Assembly: GCF_000009965.1 (NCBI RefSeq)
Contig: NC_006624.1
Coordinates: 1,290,001 to 1,322,000 of the forward strand
Direction of reading: 5' to 3'
From: Thermococcus kodakarensis KOD1
Lineage (GTDB): Archaea; Methanobacteriota_B; Thermococci; Thermococcales; Thermococcaceae
DNA length: 32,000 nt
Shown: piece after piece, positions 19,890 to 26,358 of the stretch
Layout: the number at the start of each line of letters is the position of its first letter
Position numbering within the stretch: position 1 is the first letter of the stretch
Position numbers and translations under genes: made by a program
The notes under the pieces: model-generated
What the model saw: the letters and a program-made list of their open reading frames with translations, nothing else
Told to the model about the DNA's origin: nothing
The model's database searches: none

Positions 19890-20960
19890 ATGGACGAGAG
19901 GCTATTCATTATCAAAACCCTGCTGAGGGATGGAAGAAGGGAAGAGGCGCTCAAAGAAGCCCGGAAGATTAAGGACTCCTACTGGCGCTCCTACGCGCTC
20001 CGGTGGGTTGCCGAGAGCTATGCACACGAACCCGAGAAAGCCCTTGAGGTAGCGAGTGAAATAGAAGAGCACTCAATCAAGGACGAGACCCTCGCCTCCC
20101 TTTCCTACCTTTTTTCAAGAGAGGGGGAGTTTAAGAAAGCCCTAGAAGCGGCGAGGCTTATCAAAGACCAGTTCGTTAGAAAGAAGGCCTTCAGATCGGT
20201 GAGCAATCTTCTGGCAATAGCGGTTGCACGCGGCGGGACGGAGATAAGGCTCAGCGACCTGAAGCTGGATGAGAGGGACATTGAGGAGTTGAAGCCACTC
20301 CCCCATGGAATCGTCTACAAGGACGGAAAGCTCATGCCCGGAGCCACCCTGCACAGGATAAAGGGAGAGGTCCAGACGGGAGTAGTGGAGCGTTTTGAGA
20401 AGAGACCCAAATGGAGGCCCCCAGAACCAGAGTTCGAGGAGAAAGGGCAGACCAATGAATACGTATTAAGCTACATAAACAGGCTTTTGAATGAAGGGAA
20501 ACTTGAAGAGGCCGAAAAACTTGCCAAAGGGCTTCCTGAGCCCGTGAGGAGCGCATATCTCGAGAGAGTGGGCATTGAGTATCTAAACAGGGGCAATGCA
20601 GAAAAGGCCGAAGAGATATTCTCCCAGCTTGAAGTCGCAAATACTCTTGGGCACGCCCTAATACACCATTATGGATACGAGGTTGATAGGGCACTTGAAT
20701 ACATCAAGAAGGTTTTCGATCCCCTTCCCAGGATGCTGATAGCCTACGAGCTCGCAAAAAAACATGGCGCGAAAGAGAAAGCTATTCTTGAAGTTCTTTC
20801 GTGGAGGGGAACCCCCTCAAAGATAGCCAGGGTTCTCAAGTTCTTGGCCTTTGAAATGCTAGAAGAGTCTAAGAAGTCAAAGGATGATGAGATGAGAAAA
20901 ACTTCTAAGGAGCTCTTTGAGCTGGGCAGGAAAATTGAAACTGGAGAACACGCTCTTTAG
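19890..20960 (+). CDS. Alpha-helical repeat protein (TPR/HEAT-like ~34-aa repeats), function unknown
   Basis: Repeats of the form G..E.A...A..IKD.(Y/F).R..A...V (e.g. IKDSYWRSYALRWVAESYA, IKDQFVRKKAFRSVSNLL). It starts 1 nt after the udp stop, with GAGGGG upstream. Same repeat type as the 24197-25576 protein. Confidence 0.65.
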   Translation: MDERLFIIKTLLRDGRREEALKEARKIKDSYWRSYALRWVAESYAHEPEKALEVASEIEEHSIKDETLASLSYLFSREGEFKKALEAARLIKDQFVRKKAFRSVSNLLAIAVARGGTEIRLSDLKLDERDIEELKPLPHGIVYKDGKLMPGATLHRIKGEVQTGVVERFEKRPKWRPPEPEFEEKGQTNEYVLSYINRLLNEGKLEEAEKLAKGLPEPVRSAYLERVGIEYLNRGNAEKAEEIFSQLEVANTLGHALIHHYGYEVDRALEYIKKVFDPLPRMLIAYELAKKHGAKEKAILEVLSWRGTPSKIARVLKFLAFEMLEESKKSKDDEMRKTSKELFELGRKIETGEHAL

Positions 20961-21074
20961 ACCCTTTTTAGCGCCTAAACCGGCCGGAAACTGAATTAAT
21001 TAGGTGTCCAAAAGGGCTACGAAATAAATTGCCACGAGAAGAAGCTTTGAATGCTTGGAAAGCCCAGAAGATTG

Positions 21075-21151
21075 TGGTGCGGTGGCCGGGATTTGAACCC
21101 GGGCCAGCGGCGTGGCAGGCCGCTGTCCTAGCCAGGCTAGACTACCACCGC
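21075..21151 (-). tRNA. tRNA-Gly (anticodon GCC), CCA encoded
   Basis: The reverse complement folds as a cloverleaf: acceptor GCGGTGG/CCACCGC, D stem GTCT/GGAC, anticodon stem GCGGC/GCCGC with loop CTGCCAC, 4-nt variable region, T arm CCGGG-TTCAAAT-CCCGG, then discriminator A and CCA. Confidence 0.9.
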
Positions 21152-21185
21152 AGTTCCAGCCCGTAGGATACTCATTGGGGACTCG

Positions 21186-21193
21186 TTTATAAA
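21186..21193 (-). promoter_or_regulatory. TATA box (TTTATAAA, self-complementary) upstream of tRNA-Gly
   Basis: A consensus archaeal TATA octamer 35-42 nt upstream of the mature tRNA-Gly 5' end on the minus strand. Confidence 0.5.
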
Positions 21194-21219
21194 TCTTTCG
21201 GTCTGTTCCGAAGGTTAAA

Positions 21220-21227
21220 TTTATAAA
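21220..21227 (+). promoter_or_regulatory. TATA box (TTTATAAA) upstream of tRNA-Arg(GCG)
   Basis: A consensus TATA octamer ending 27 nt before the mature tRNA 5' end (21255). Confidence 0.55.
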
Positions 21228-21254
21228 GAGTCTTCAGAAAGGGTTAGCGGGCGT

Positions 21255-21332
21255 GCCCCGGTGGCCTAGTCTGGATAGGGCGCGAGGCTGCGGACCTCGA
21301 GGTCCGGGGTTCAAATCCCCGCCGGGGCGCCA
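21255..21332 (+). tRNA. tRNA-Arg (anticodon GCG), CCA encoded
   Basis: Acceptor GCCCCGG/CCGGGGC, D stem GCCT/GGGC, anticodon stem CGAGG/CCTCG with loop CTGCGGA, variable AGGTC, T arm CGGGG-TTCAAAT-CCCCG, discriminator G and CCA. Confidence 0.9.
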
Positions 21333-21574
21333 TAGAAACTTTTCTGGCGAAAAGTTTCATCAAAGAGGGAATGTCTTTTTAAACTGCTGAGTTTCAGCTA
21401 TTCTCATTACCAAATTAGCAGTTTTCAAGGGGTTTGCTCGCAGTATAACGCCCAACGAGCGTTAAAAAGAAGAAAAACCCAAATTCTCTTGCCTGTACAT
21501 TAGGAGAATCTCCATTCTCAGCCAATATCACGAAGACATTCAAGCTTTTGGTGAAGCTTTCTCCAAAAGCTTCC
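21333..21574 (+). repeat. Mosaic-array module type I, copy A1 (paralog of 30155-30397)
   Basis: It begins 2 nt after the tRNA CCA with the hairpin GAAACTTTTC-tggc-GAAAAGTTTC (21335-21358). The core hairpin is at 21447-21463. It ends with three AAGCTT hexamers (21542, 21554, 21567). It is alignable by eye over its whole length to B1, at roughly 70-75 percent. Confidence 0.85.
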
Positions 21575-21885
21575 TCGTGAAGTTTGATCAAGTTCGTGGT
21601 TCTCTTGAAATTGCCCTTCTAAAAGGATTTTCACGATAAATTAGCTAAAAGTGAGTGAATTCTTCGAGCATACTTAATTGGAAAGGAGTTTTCTCGCCTT
21701 GACGCCCTATGGGCGTCGATTAAAAAGCAAACTCACAAAGAGCGAGCGAACAAAAATGGAATTCACACTCCAAGACAGCATTCAAAAGGAAATCCACTCA
21801 AAACAACCCTCTAATCAAGAACCACAAACTTTGATGAAACTTTGCCGGGCAAAGTTTCTTTGGTGAAGCTTTCCCAAAAGCTTGC
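21575..21885 (+). repeat. Mosaic-array module type III, copy A2 (paralog of 30659-30946)
   Basis: The ~25-bp terminal inverted repeats 21580-21607 and 21816-21842 close the module. The core hairpin GACGCCC-tat-GGGCGTC is at 21701-21717. The 23-bp palindrome GAAACTTTGCC-g-GGCAAAGTTTC is at 21836-21858, followed by an AAGCTT hairpin at 21866-21883. Confidence 0.85.
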
Positions 21886-21904
21886 TAGAAAATGAAAGGG
21901 GAAT

Positions 21905-23248
21905 TCAGGCCCCCGCTCTCAGCTTCGCCAGTGCATCCTCCGCTGCCTGGAGTATCTGGTATCCGACTGGAGAAGCCGTGAGGAGCGGGTGAGTCGCTAT
22001 CTGGAGGGTGTAGAGCTCGCTAGCCGTAAGCCTCTTCTGTATGGCCAGTGCAAGAACGTTGATCATCTCGCCAACGCTCTTTCCACCGGCTAGCTGGGCA
22101 CCCAGAATGGCCCCCCTGTCCCTGGAGAATATAAGCTTGACCGTTACCATCGAAGTATCCTCGAACTTTGCTGGATGTCTGTCGGGGCCAGTAGCCCGTC
22201 CAACAATGACCTCAAAGCCCTCTCTCTTGGCGGCTTCCTCAGTTAGTCCTGCGGCGGCTAAGGTCAAGCCAGCAACGTGGGTGGAGTAAGCGCCTATTGT
22301 CCTCCTGTTCTCCCTGACTATCTGGAGCTTAAAGAGGTTCGCCCCTGCTATCCTCGCCTCGAAGGTTGCCGTTGAGGCTAGCATCAGAGGGAAGGGCTTT
22401 CCTGTAAAGAAGTCCCTGTGCTCGACGCAGTCGCCGACGGCGAATATGTCCGGGCAGGAGGTTCTCATGTACTCGTCAGTCCAGATGCCGTATCTTGTAA
22501 CTTTTAGACCTGTTTTTACTGCCAGCTCAACGTTTGGGCGGTAGCCCGTTGAGAGAATTACCAGATCGGCGGGGATTTCCCCACCTTCGACGAGCTTGAC
22601 ACCTTCAACGCGCTCTCTGCCGACTAGCCTCTCCACGTGCCCGTAAACAACGTTTATTCCAACTTCCTTGAGCCTGTTCTCGATCATCTCACTGAATTCG
22701 GGGTCGAAAGAGTTTCTCAACAGCCTGCTTCTGACAACTATCGTAACGTCCTTCCCGAGCTTTCTGATCTCGTCCCCAACTTCAAGGGCTATGAAACCGC
22801 CGCCGATAATGACAACCTTCTCGGCATCCTCTACTCTCTTCTTGAGCTCTTTGAGGTAGTGGTAGTCCTTGGAGACGGTGTACACACCCTCAAGCTCAAC
22901 GCCGGGGATGTCAGGGATCTGGGGTCTCGAACCAGTCGCCAGAACGAGCTTTTCCCAGCCTATCTCTCTCCCTGACTTCGTCAGGAGTGTCTTGGACTTG
23001 GGATTTATTTCCGTGACCTCATCAACCAGAACGTCGATGCCGAGGGGTTTGAGAAACCTCTCCGTTGGGAGAACATCATCCTCAACGCTCCTCAGGGTAC
23101 CGAAGATGTACGGAATCCCGCAAGGAATCATGGAAACGTCCTCTTTCTTGATCACGAGGACGCTTTTGTCGGGATAGAACCTCTTGGCAGAGATCGCAGC
23201 CGTTAGACCGCCAGCACTTCCACCTATAACAACCACATCGTACTTCAT
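21905..23248 (-). CDS. FAD-dependent pyridine nucleotide-disulfide oxidoreductase (NADH oxidase / NAD(P)H polysulfide or CoA-disulfide reductase family, single redox Cys)
   Basis: N-terminal FAD motif VVVIGGSAGG, a single-Cys motif SMIPCGIPY, an NAD(P) motif VVIIGGGFIALE and GD motif AVGDC. ATG 23248 is preceded by GGTGAGGT; the track start at 23260 is TTG. Confidence 0.87.
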   Translation of the reverse strand: MKYDVVVIGGSAGGLTAAISAKRFYPDKSVLVIKKEDVSMIPCGIPYIFGTLRSVEDDVLPTERFLKPLGIDVLVDEVTEINPKSKTLLTKSGREIGWEKLVLATGSRPQIPDIPGVELEGVYTVSKDYHYLKELKKRVEDAEKVVIIGGGFIALEVGDEIRKLGKDVTIVVRSRLLRNSFDPEFSEMIENRLKEVGINVVYGHVERLVGRERVEGVKLVEGGEIPADLVILSTGYRPNVELAVKTGLKVTRYGIWTDEYMRTSCPDIFAVGDCVEHRDFFTGKPFPLMLASTATFEARIAGANLFKLQIVRENRRTIGAYSTHVAGLTLAAAGLTEEAAKREGFEVIVGRATGPDRHPAKFEDTSMVTVKLIFSRDRGAILGAQLAGGKSVGEMINVLALAIQKRLTASELYTLQIATHPLLTASPVGYQILQAAEDALAKLRAGA

Positions 23249-23295
23249 TAACCTCACCAAAGAGAGTTCTCAAAAGACTATTAAACACTTTCCTT

Positions 23296-23312
23296 AACCC
23301 GAGGTTTAAAAC
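23296..23312 (-). promoter_or_regulatory. SurR-type motif GTTn3AACn5GTT upstream of the oxidoreductase gene
   Basis: The minus strand reads GTT-tta-AAC-ctcgg-GTT, about 50-65 nt upstream of ATG 23248. It matches the extended SurR consensus I recall from P. furiosus. The motif is short, so a chance match is possible. Confidence 0.35.
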
Positions 23313-23351
23313 GTAAGCACAGTTAAGAAGTGGAGAGAACGAAGAGGAACA

Positions 23352-24155
23352 CTACTCACCGGTCGCGCCCTTCAGTGCATCCTTGCAGGGGCACCTTCTT
23401 TCCTTTGGAATGTACTCGATGGCCTTCATGAGCAGGAGCTTTATCTCGTTGGACTTCTGGGCCATAAGCTCGACCACTTCCGTGTGAGTGAGCTTGTTGG
23501 GGCTTATGCCAGCGGCGTAGTTGGTGACTATGGCAACGCTCGCGTAGCACATCTCAAGCTCCCTCGCGAGTGCTGCCTCCGGACACTGGGTCATTCCAAC
23601 GACGTCGGCCCCGAGGATCTTTAGCGCCCTTATCTCAGCCCTCGTCTCAAAGCGGGGCCCTTCCATGCAGGCATAAGTTCCCATGGGGTGATATGTAAAG
23701 CCCAGCTCCCTGGCGGCGTTCATCAGGGCTTTCCTCAGCTCGGGACAGTAGGGTTCAGTAAAGTCCACATGGGCCACGAACTTTCTATCGTGCGGGCTTT
23801 CTTCACCGTCGTAGAAGGTGTAGTGTCTGGTCTTGGTAAAGTCCATGAGCTGGTCGAGGATTACGAAGTCACCGGGCTTCATGTCTAGGTTGAGAGAACC
23901 AACAGCCGAAGTCGAAAGAATCCTCTCGACGCCGAGCTCGTAGAGGGCCCAGATGTTCGCACGGTAGTTTATCTTGTGCGGTGGAACGCTGTGTCCCTCA
24001 CCGTGCCTGGCGAGAAATACTATTTCCTCGCCGTTGTACTCGCCGATCTTGACTTTGACCGTTCCGTAGGGTGTTTCAACGGTCTCTTCCCTGATGTTGG
24101 TTAGAAGTGCGGGGTCGTAAACTCCAGAACCGCCTATTATCGCTATCCTTGGCAT
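23352..24155 (-). CDS. mtnP: S-methyl-5'-thioadenosine phosphorylase / purine nucleoside phosphorylase (trimeric NP-I type)
   Basis: IAIIGGSG, RHG.GH..PP..INYRAN, and the MT..PE...ARE motifs of MTAP. ATG 24155 has GGTGAT 3 nt upstream; an alternative ATG lies at 24161. Confidence 0.88.
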   Translation of the reverse strand: MPRIAIIGGSGVYDPALLTNIREETVETPYGTVKVKIGEYNGEEIVFLARHGEGHSVPPHKINYRANIWALYELGVERILSTSAVGSLNLDMKPGDFVILDQLMDFTKTRHYTFYDGEESPHDRKFVAHVDFTEPYCPELRKALMNAARELGFTYHPMGTYACMEGPRFETRAEIRALKILGADVVGMTQCPEAALARELEMCYASVAIVTNYAAGISPNKLTHTEVVELMAQKSNEIKLLLMKAIEYIPKERRCPCKDALKGATGE

Positions 24156-24196
24156 TCGCATCACCTAGACAGATAAAAGAAACGTGCCTTAAAACG

Positions 24197-25576
24197 TTAT
24201 TCATCTGCCCACAGGCGCTTTTGCTCCTCTGCCCGCTCCTCTATATCCTCAACCACGCGACCACTGGCCTGAAGCTCTGCTATCTTCGCCAAAATCTCGC
24301 TGAGCAACCATGAACCCCACCTCGGATCCTTAACCTCGAGGGCCGCGTCTATGGCTCCATCTATGTCGCCCTCTTTGAGCTTCTCGATTGCTATACTCCC
24401 AAAGGCGAGGGAGCGCAGGTGGGGGTCACTTATAGAGGAAGCAAGATTCCAAGCCCCCTCATAGTCATGGAGTTTCGAGAGATAACGGACGGCCTTGACC
24501 TTCAAGCGTTCCGAAGAGACAAAAGAGCCTATTTTTCTGACGAGTTCTAGGTACTCCGAACTTGGAGGCCTTTCAAGAAGAATATCCAGCACATATCCCG
24601 CTGCGAGTAGTTTAGCATCCTCAGGCAGCGAATCAATGAACTCCTCAACAAGCTCCACTCTATCGATTATAGAGGATACAACGGCAGATATCACCTCATC
24701 CCATTGCTCACGGGGGATTCTCTCAAGGGACTCTGAAACGAACTTGATTTCACCCTGGACCGCCAGACTGACAAGGAACGATTTAAGAACGTCAACGCTA
24801 ACATCCGACGAAAGGCCGACTATAAACTGGAAAACTTTCTCGTAAACCGCAGAGTCCAGACTGCCCGATTTTTTGAGGTAAACAGCCACAGCCTTCACGG
24901 CCTCACCAAGCCAGTAATCACTCTTGAACTGAGAAAGCATGCCCAGAGCTGTGCCAAGCTCATCTCTTTTGAGATGCTCCTTCAGGATATTGAAGAGCGC
25001 AAGCGACTTCCAAGGCTCGTTTTGGATTTTTTCAACAATTTTGTGCGCATTTCTCAGATTGCCATCCTGGATATGCTTATTCAGGATCAGGAGTAGTGCA
25101 TCATTTCTTTTAACTTCGTTTTCAATCTCCAAAGAATACTCAAACGCCCTGTCCATGAAGTCTATTTGAACGAGTTTTTTCACTAAGCGATAGAGGAAAT
25201 CATCCCTTGGTGCTTGCGGCATTTTGAGTATTGCCTCATAGGCGCTTTCGAGAACACGGTTAGCACTCTGAGGGTTTATACTGCTCAAAAGTGTCCCGAC
25301 CTCAATTAGAGCGTGAACCATAAGGGGAGGATTTTCAATCGAGGCTATTGCCTGGAGAGCAGAAGAGAACGCATCTTTATATTTGGGACGTTTGGCTAGA
25401 TGCATATAGTAGCCGATTCTAGCATACGTAAGTGCCCTTAGATAGGGGTCTTGAATACTACGGGCTATTGACAGCAACTCAAAATAAACGTCTTTGGACA
25501 AACTATACCACCCCAAAAAATATCCAATGATGTTGTATTTATATGTTATGCCCCCATGTTCAAGATCAAAACACAT
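24197..25576 (-). CDS. Alpha-helical repeat protein (same ~34-aa repeat family as 19890-20960), function unknown
   Basis: Repeated I.DP(Y/H)LR(A/S)L..(A/G).I motifs (IQDPYLRALTYARIGYY, ISDPHLRSLAFGSIAIEKL, VKDPRWGSWLLSEILAKIA). AT-richer than neighbours and sits directly upstream of mtnP. The start is uncertain because there is no SD. Confidence 0.6.
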   Translation of the reverse strand: MCFDLEHGGITYKYNIIGYFLGWYSLSKDVYFELLSIARSIQDPYLRALTYARIGYYMHLAKRPKYKDAFSSALQAIASIENPPLMVHALIEVGTLLSSINPQSANRVLESAYEAILKMPQAPRDDFLYRLVKKLVQIDFMDRAFEYSLEIENEVKRNDALLLILNKHIQDGNLRNAHKIVEKIQNEPWKSLALFNILKEHLKRDELGTALGMLSQFKSDYWLGEAVKAVAVYLKKSGSLDSAVYEKVFQFIVGLSSDVSVDVLKSFLVSLAVQGEIKFVSESLERIPREQWDEVISAVVSSIIDRVELVEEFIDSLPEDAKLLAAGYVLDILLERPPSSEYLELVRKIGSFVSSERLKVKAVRYLSKLHDYEGAWNLASSISDPHLRSLAFGSIAIEKLKEGDIDGAIDAALEVKDPRWGSWLLSEILAKIAELQASGRVVEDIEERAEEQKRLWADE

Positions 25577-25600
25577 AAAAGTTACAGAAATCCAAAAGAA

Positions 25601-25810
25601 TCAGCTGAGGTCGTCGTACACAACTCCAACGACTTCCCCATCGTCCAGGGAAACGAAGCTGACCTTTGTCTTCTTTCCGGTTTTCGGATCCACAACGACA
25701 AAATCCGGGCTGGCCAAGTACTGGCTCGAGGGCATCTTCCAGACATCGCCGTAATGGATGCGAAGCTCCTTCAAAAACCTCTTGGGATCACGCTTGATAA
25801 CCGTTGGCAT
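25601..25810 (-). CDS. Small protein (69 aa), function unknown
   Basis: ATG 25810 is preceded by GGTGA at a 5-nt spacing, with TTTTTATATG about 40 nt upstream as a TATA candidate. The longer 103-aa track ORF would start upstream of these signals. Confidence 0.5.
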   Translation of the reverse strand: MPTVIKRDPKRFLKELRIHYGDVWKMPSSQYLASPDFVVVDPKTGKKTKVSFVSLDDGEVVGVVYDDLS

Positions 25811-25980
25811 AGGTATCACCAATGATATATACAACTTCAACATATAAAAAGCTTTCCTAAAGACATTCGTTAAAAAATGATTCGACAATCGACGAATAAT
25901 TTGAAAAAGCACCCAATCCGTCCGACGAAAACCATAAAAATGCTAAGAACAGCCAAAAAAGAAAAACAGCCCTATCAGAC

Positions 25981-26091
25981 TCACCTACGGAGCATCTCAA
26001 CGTACTCAAGCTCCTCAGGAATCGGCCTTCTCTTTCTCCTCTCGTTCTCCTTGGTGAACATGTACTCGTAAACGAGCATCCACGGAAGCAT
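25981..26091 (-). CDS. Candidate small ORF (36 aa: MLPWMLVYEYMFTKENERRKRRPIPEELEYVEMLRR)
   Basis: Not in the ORF track because it is under 60 aa. The ATG is preceded by GGGGGTGAGAGA (strong SD), and a TTTTTAAA TATA candidate lies about 50 nt upstream. Codons are the GC3-rich type used by the housekeeping genes here (GAG, AAG, AGG, TAC, CTC). The overlapping 80-aa and 64-aa track ORFs encode low-complexity sequence. Confidence 0.35.
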   Translation of the reverse strand: MLPWMLVYEYMFTKENERRKRRPIPEELEYVEMLRR

Positions 26092-26318
26092 TCTCTCACC
26101 CCCTATTTTTCTCTCCGTTAACCAATAGCATTTTTAGGTTTAAAAACTTTTGTAGATTGTTTTTTCACAGAAATGAACCGAAAAGAACTCCAAACTCAAT
26201 AAAAGAGACCATAGAATTGGATTTAGCTTCAATGTACAAAAAATTACATCTTAAGCGGCTCTAAAACGGCTGATTAAACGAAATGAATACATTTTACAAG
26301 AACTCAAAGACCCAACCG

Positions 26319-26326
26319 TTTATAAG
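26319..26326 (+). promoter_or_regulatory. TATA box candidate (TTTATAAG) for srp54
   Basis: It lies about 33 nt upstream of ATG 26359, with GGTGA in between. Confidence 0.4.
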
Positions 26327-26358
26327 GTTATGGTTCATCTCTAAACAAGGTGAGAAAA

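Noticed and set aside
21525-21530. Thermococcales glycolytic motif (TGM, TATCAC-N5-GTGATA) half-site TATCAC in module A1; a similar half-site lies at 25813-25818
   Set aside because: Only one half-site is present in each case. The second half does not match, and the paralogous copy B1 lacks it.
21826-21842. C/D-box sRNA, suggested by the TGATGA in the type III 3' arms (also at 30919-30925)
   Set aside because: There is no CTGA D box, no C'/D' pair at the required spacing and no terminal stem typical of archaeal C/D sRNAs. The TGATGA is explained as part of the terminal inverted repeat.
21678-21866. 62-aa ORF inside repeat module A2
   Set aside because: It uses a non-ATG start with no SD. 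The paralogous module B3 has stops in the equivalent frame, and conservation between copies follows hairpins and inverted repeats rather than codons.
21333-21885. Interpretation of the arrays as remnants of tRNA-integrated viruses or plasmids (att sites)
   Set aside because: I found no integrase fragment and no duplicated 3' half of either tRNA-Arg bounding the region. The same ordered modules occur at two different tRNA genes.
25857-26099. 80-aa (minus) and 64-aa (plus, 25877-26071) track ORFs
   Set aside because: Their products are Cys/Arg/Ser-rich or low-complexity and lack SD or ATG signals. The alternative 36-aa frame has the SD, ATG and codon bias, so I report that frame instead, still at low confidence.
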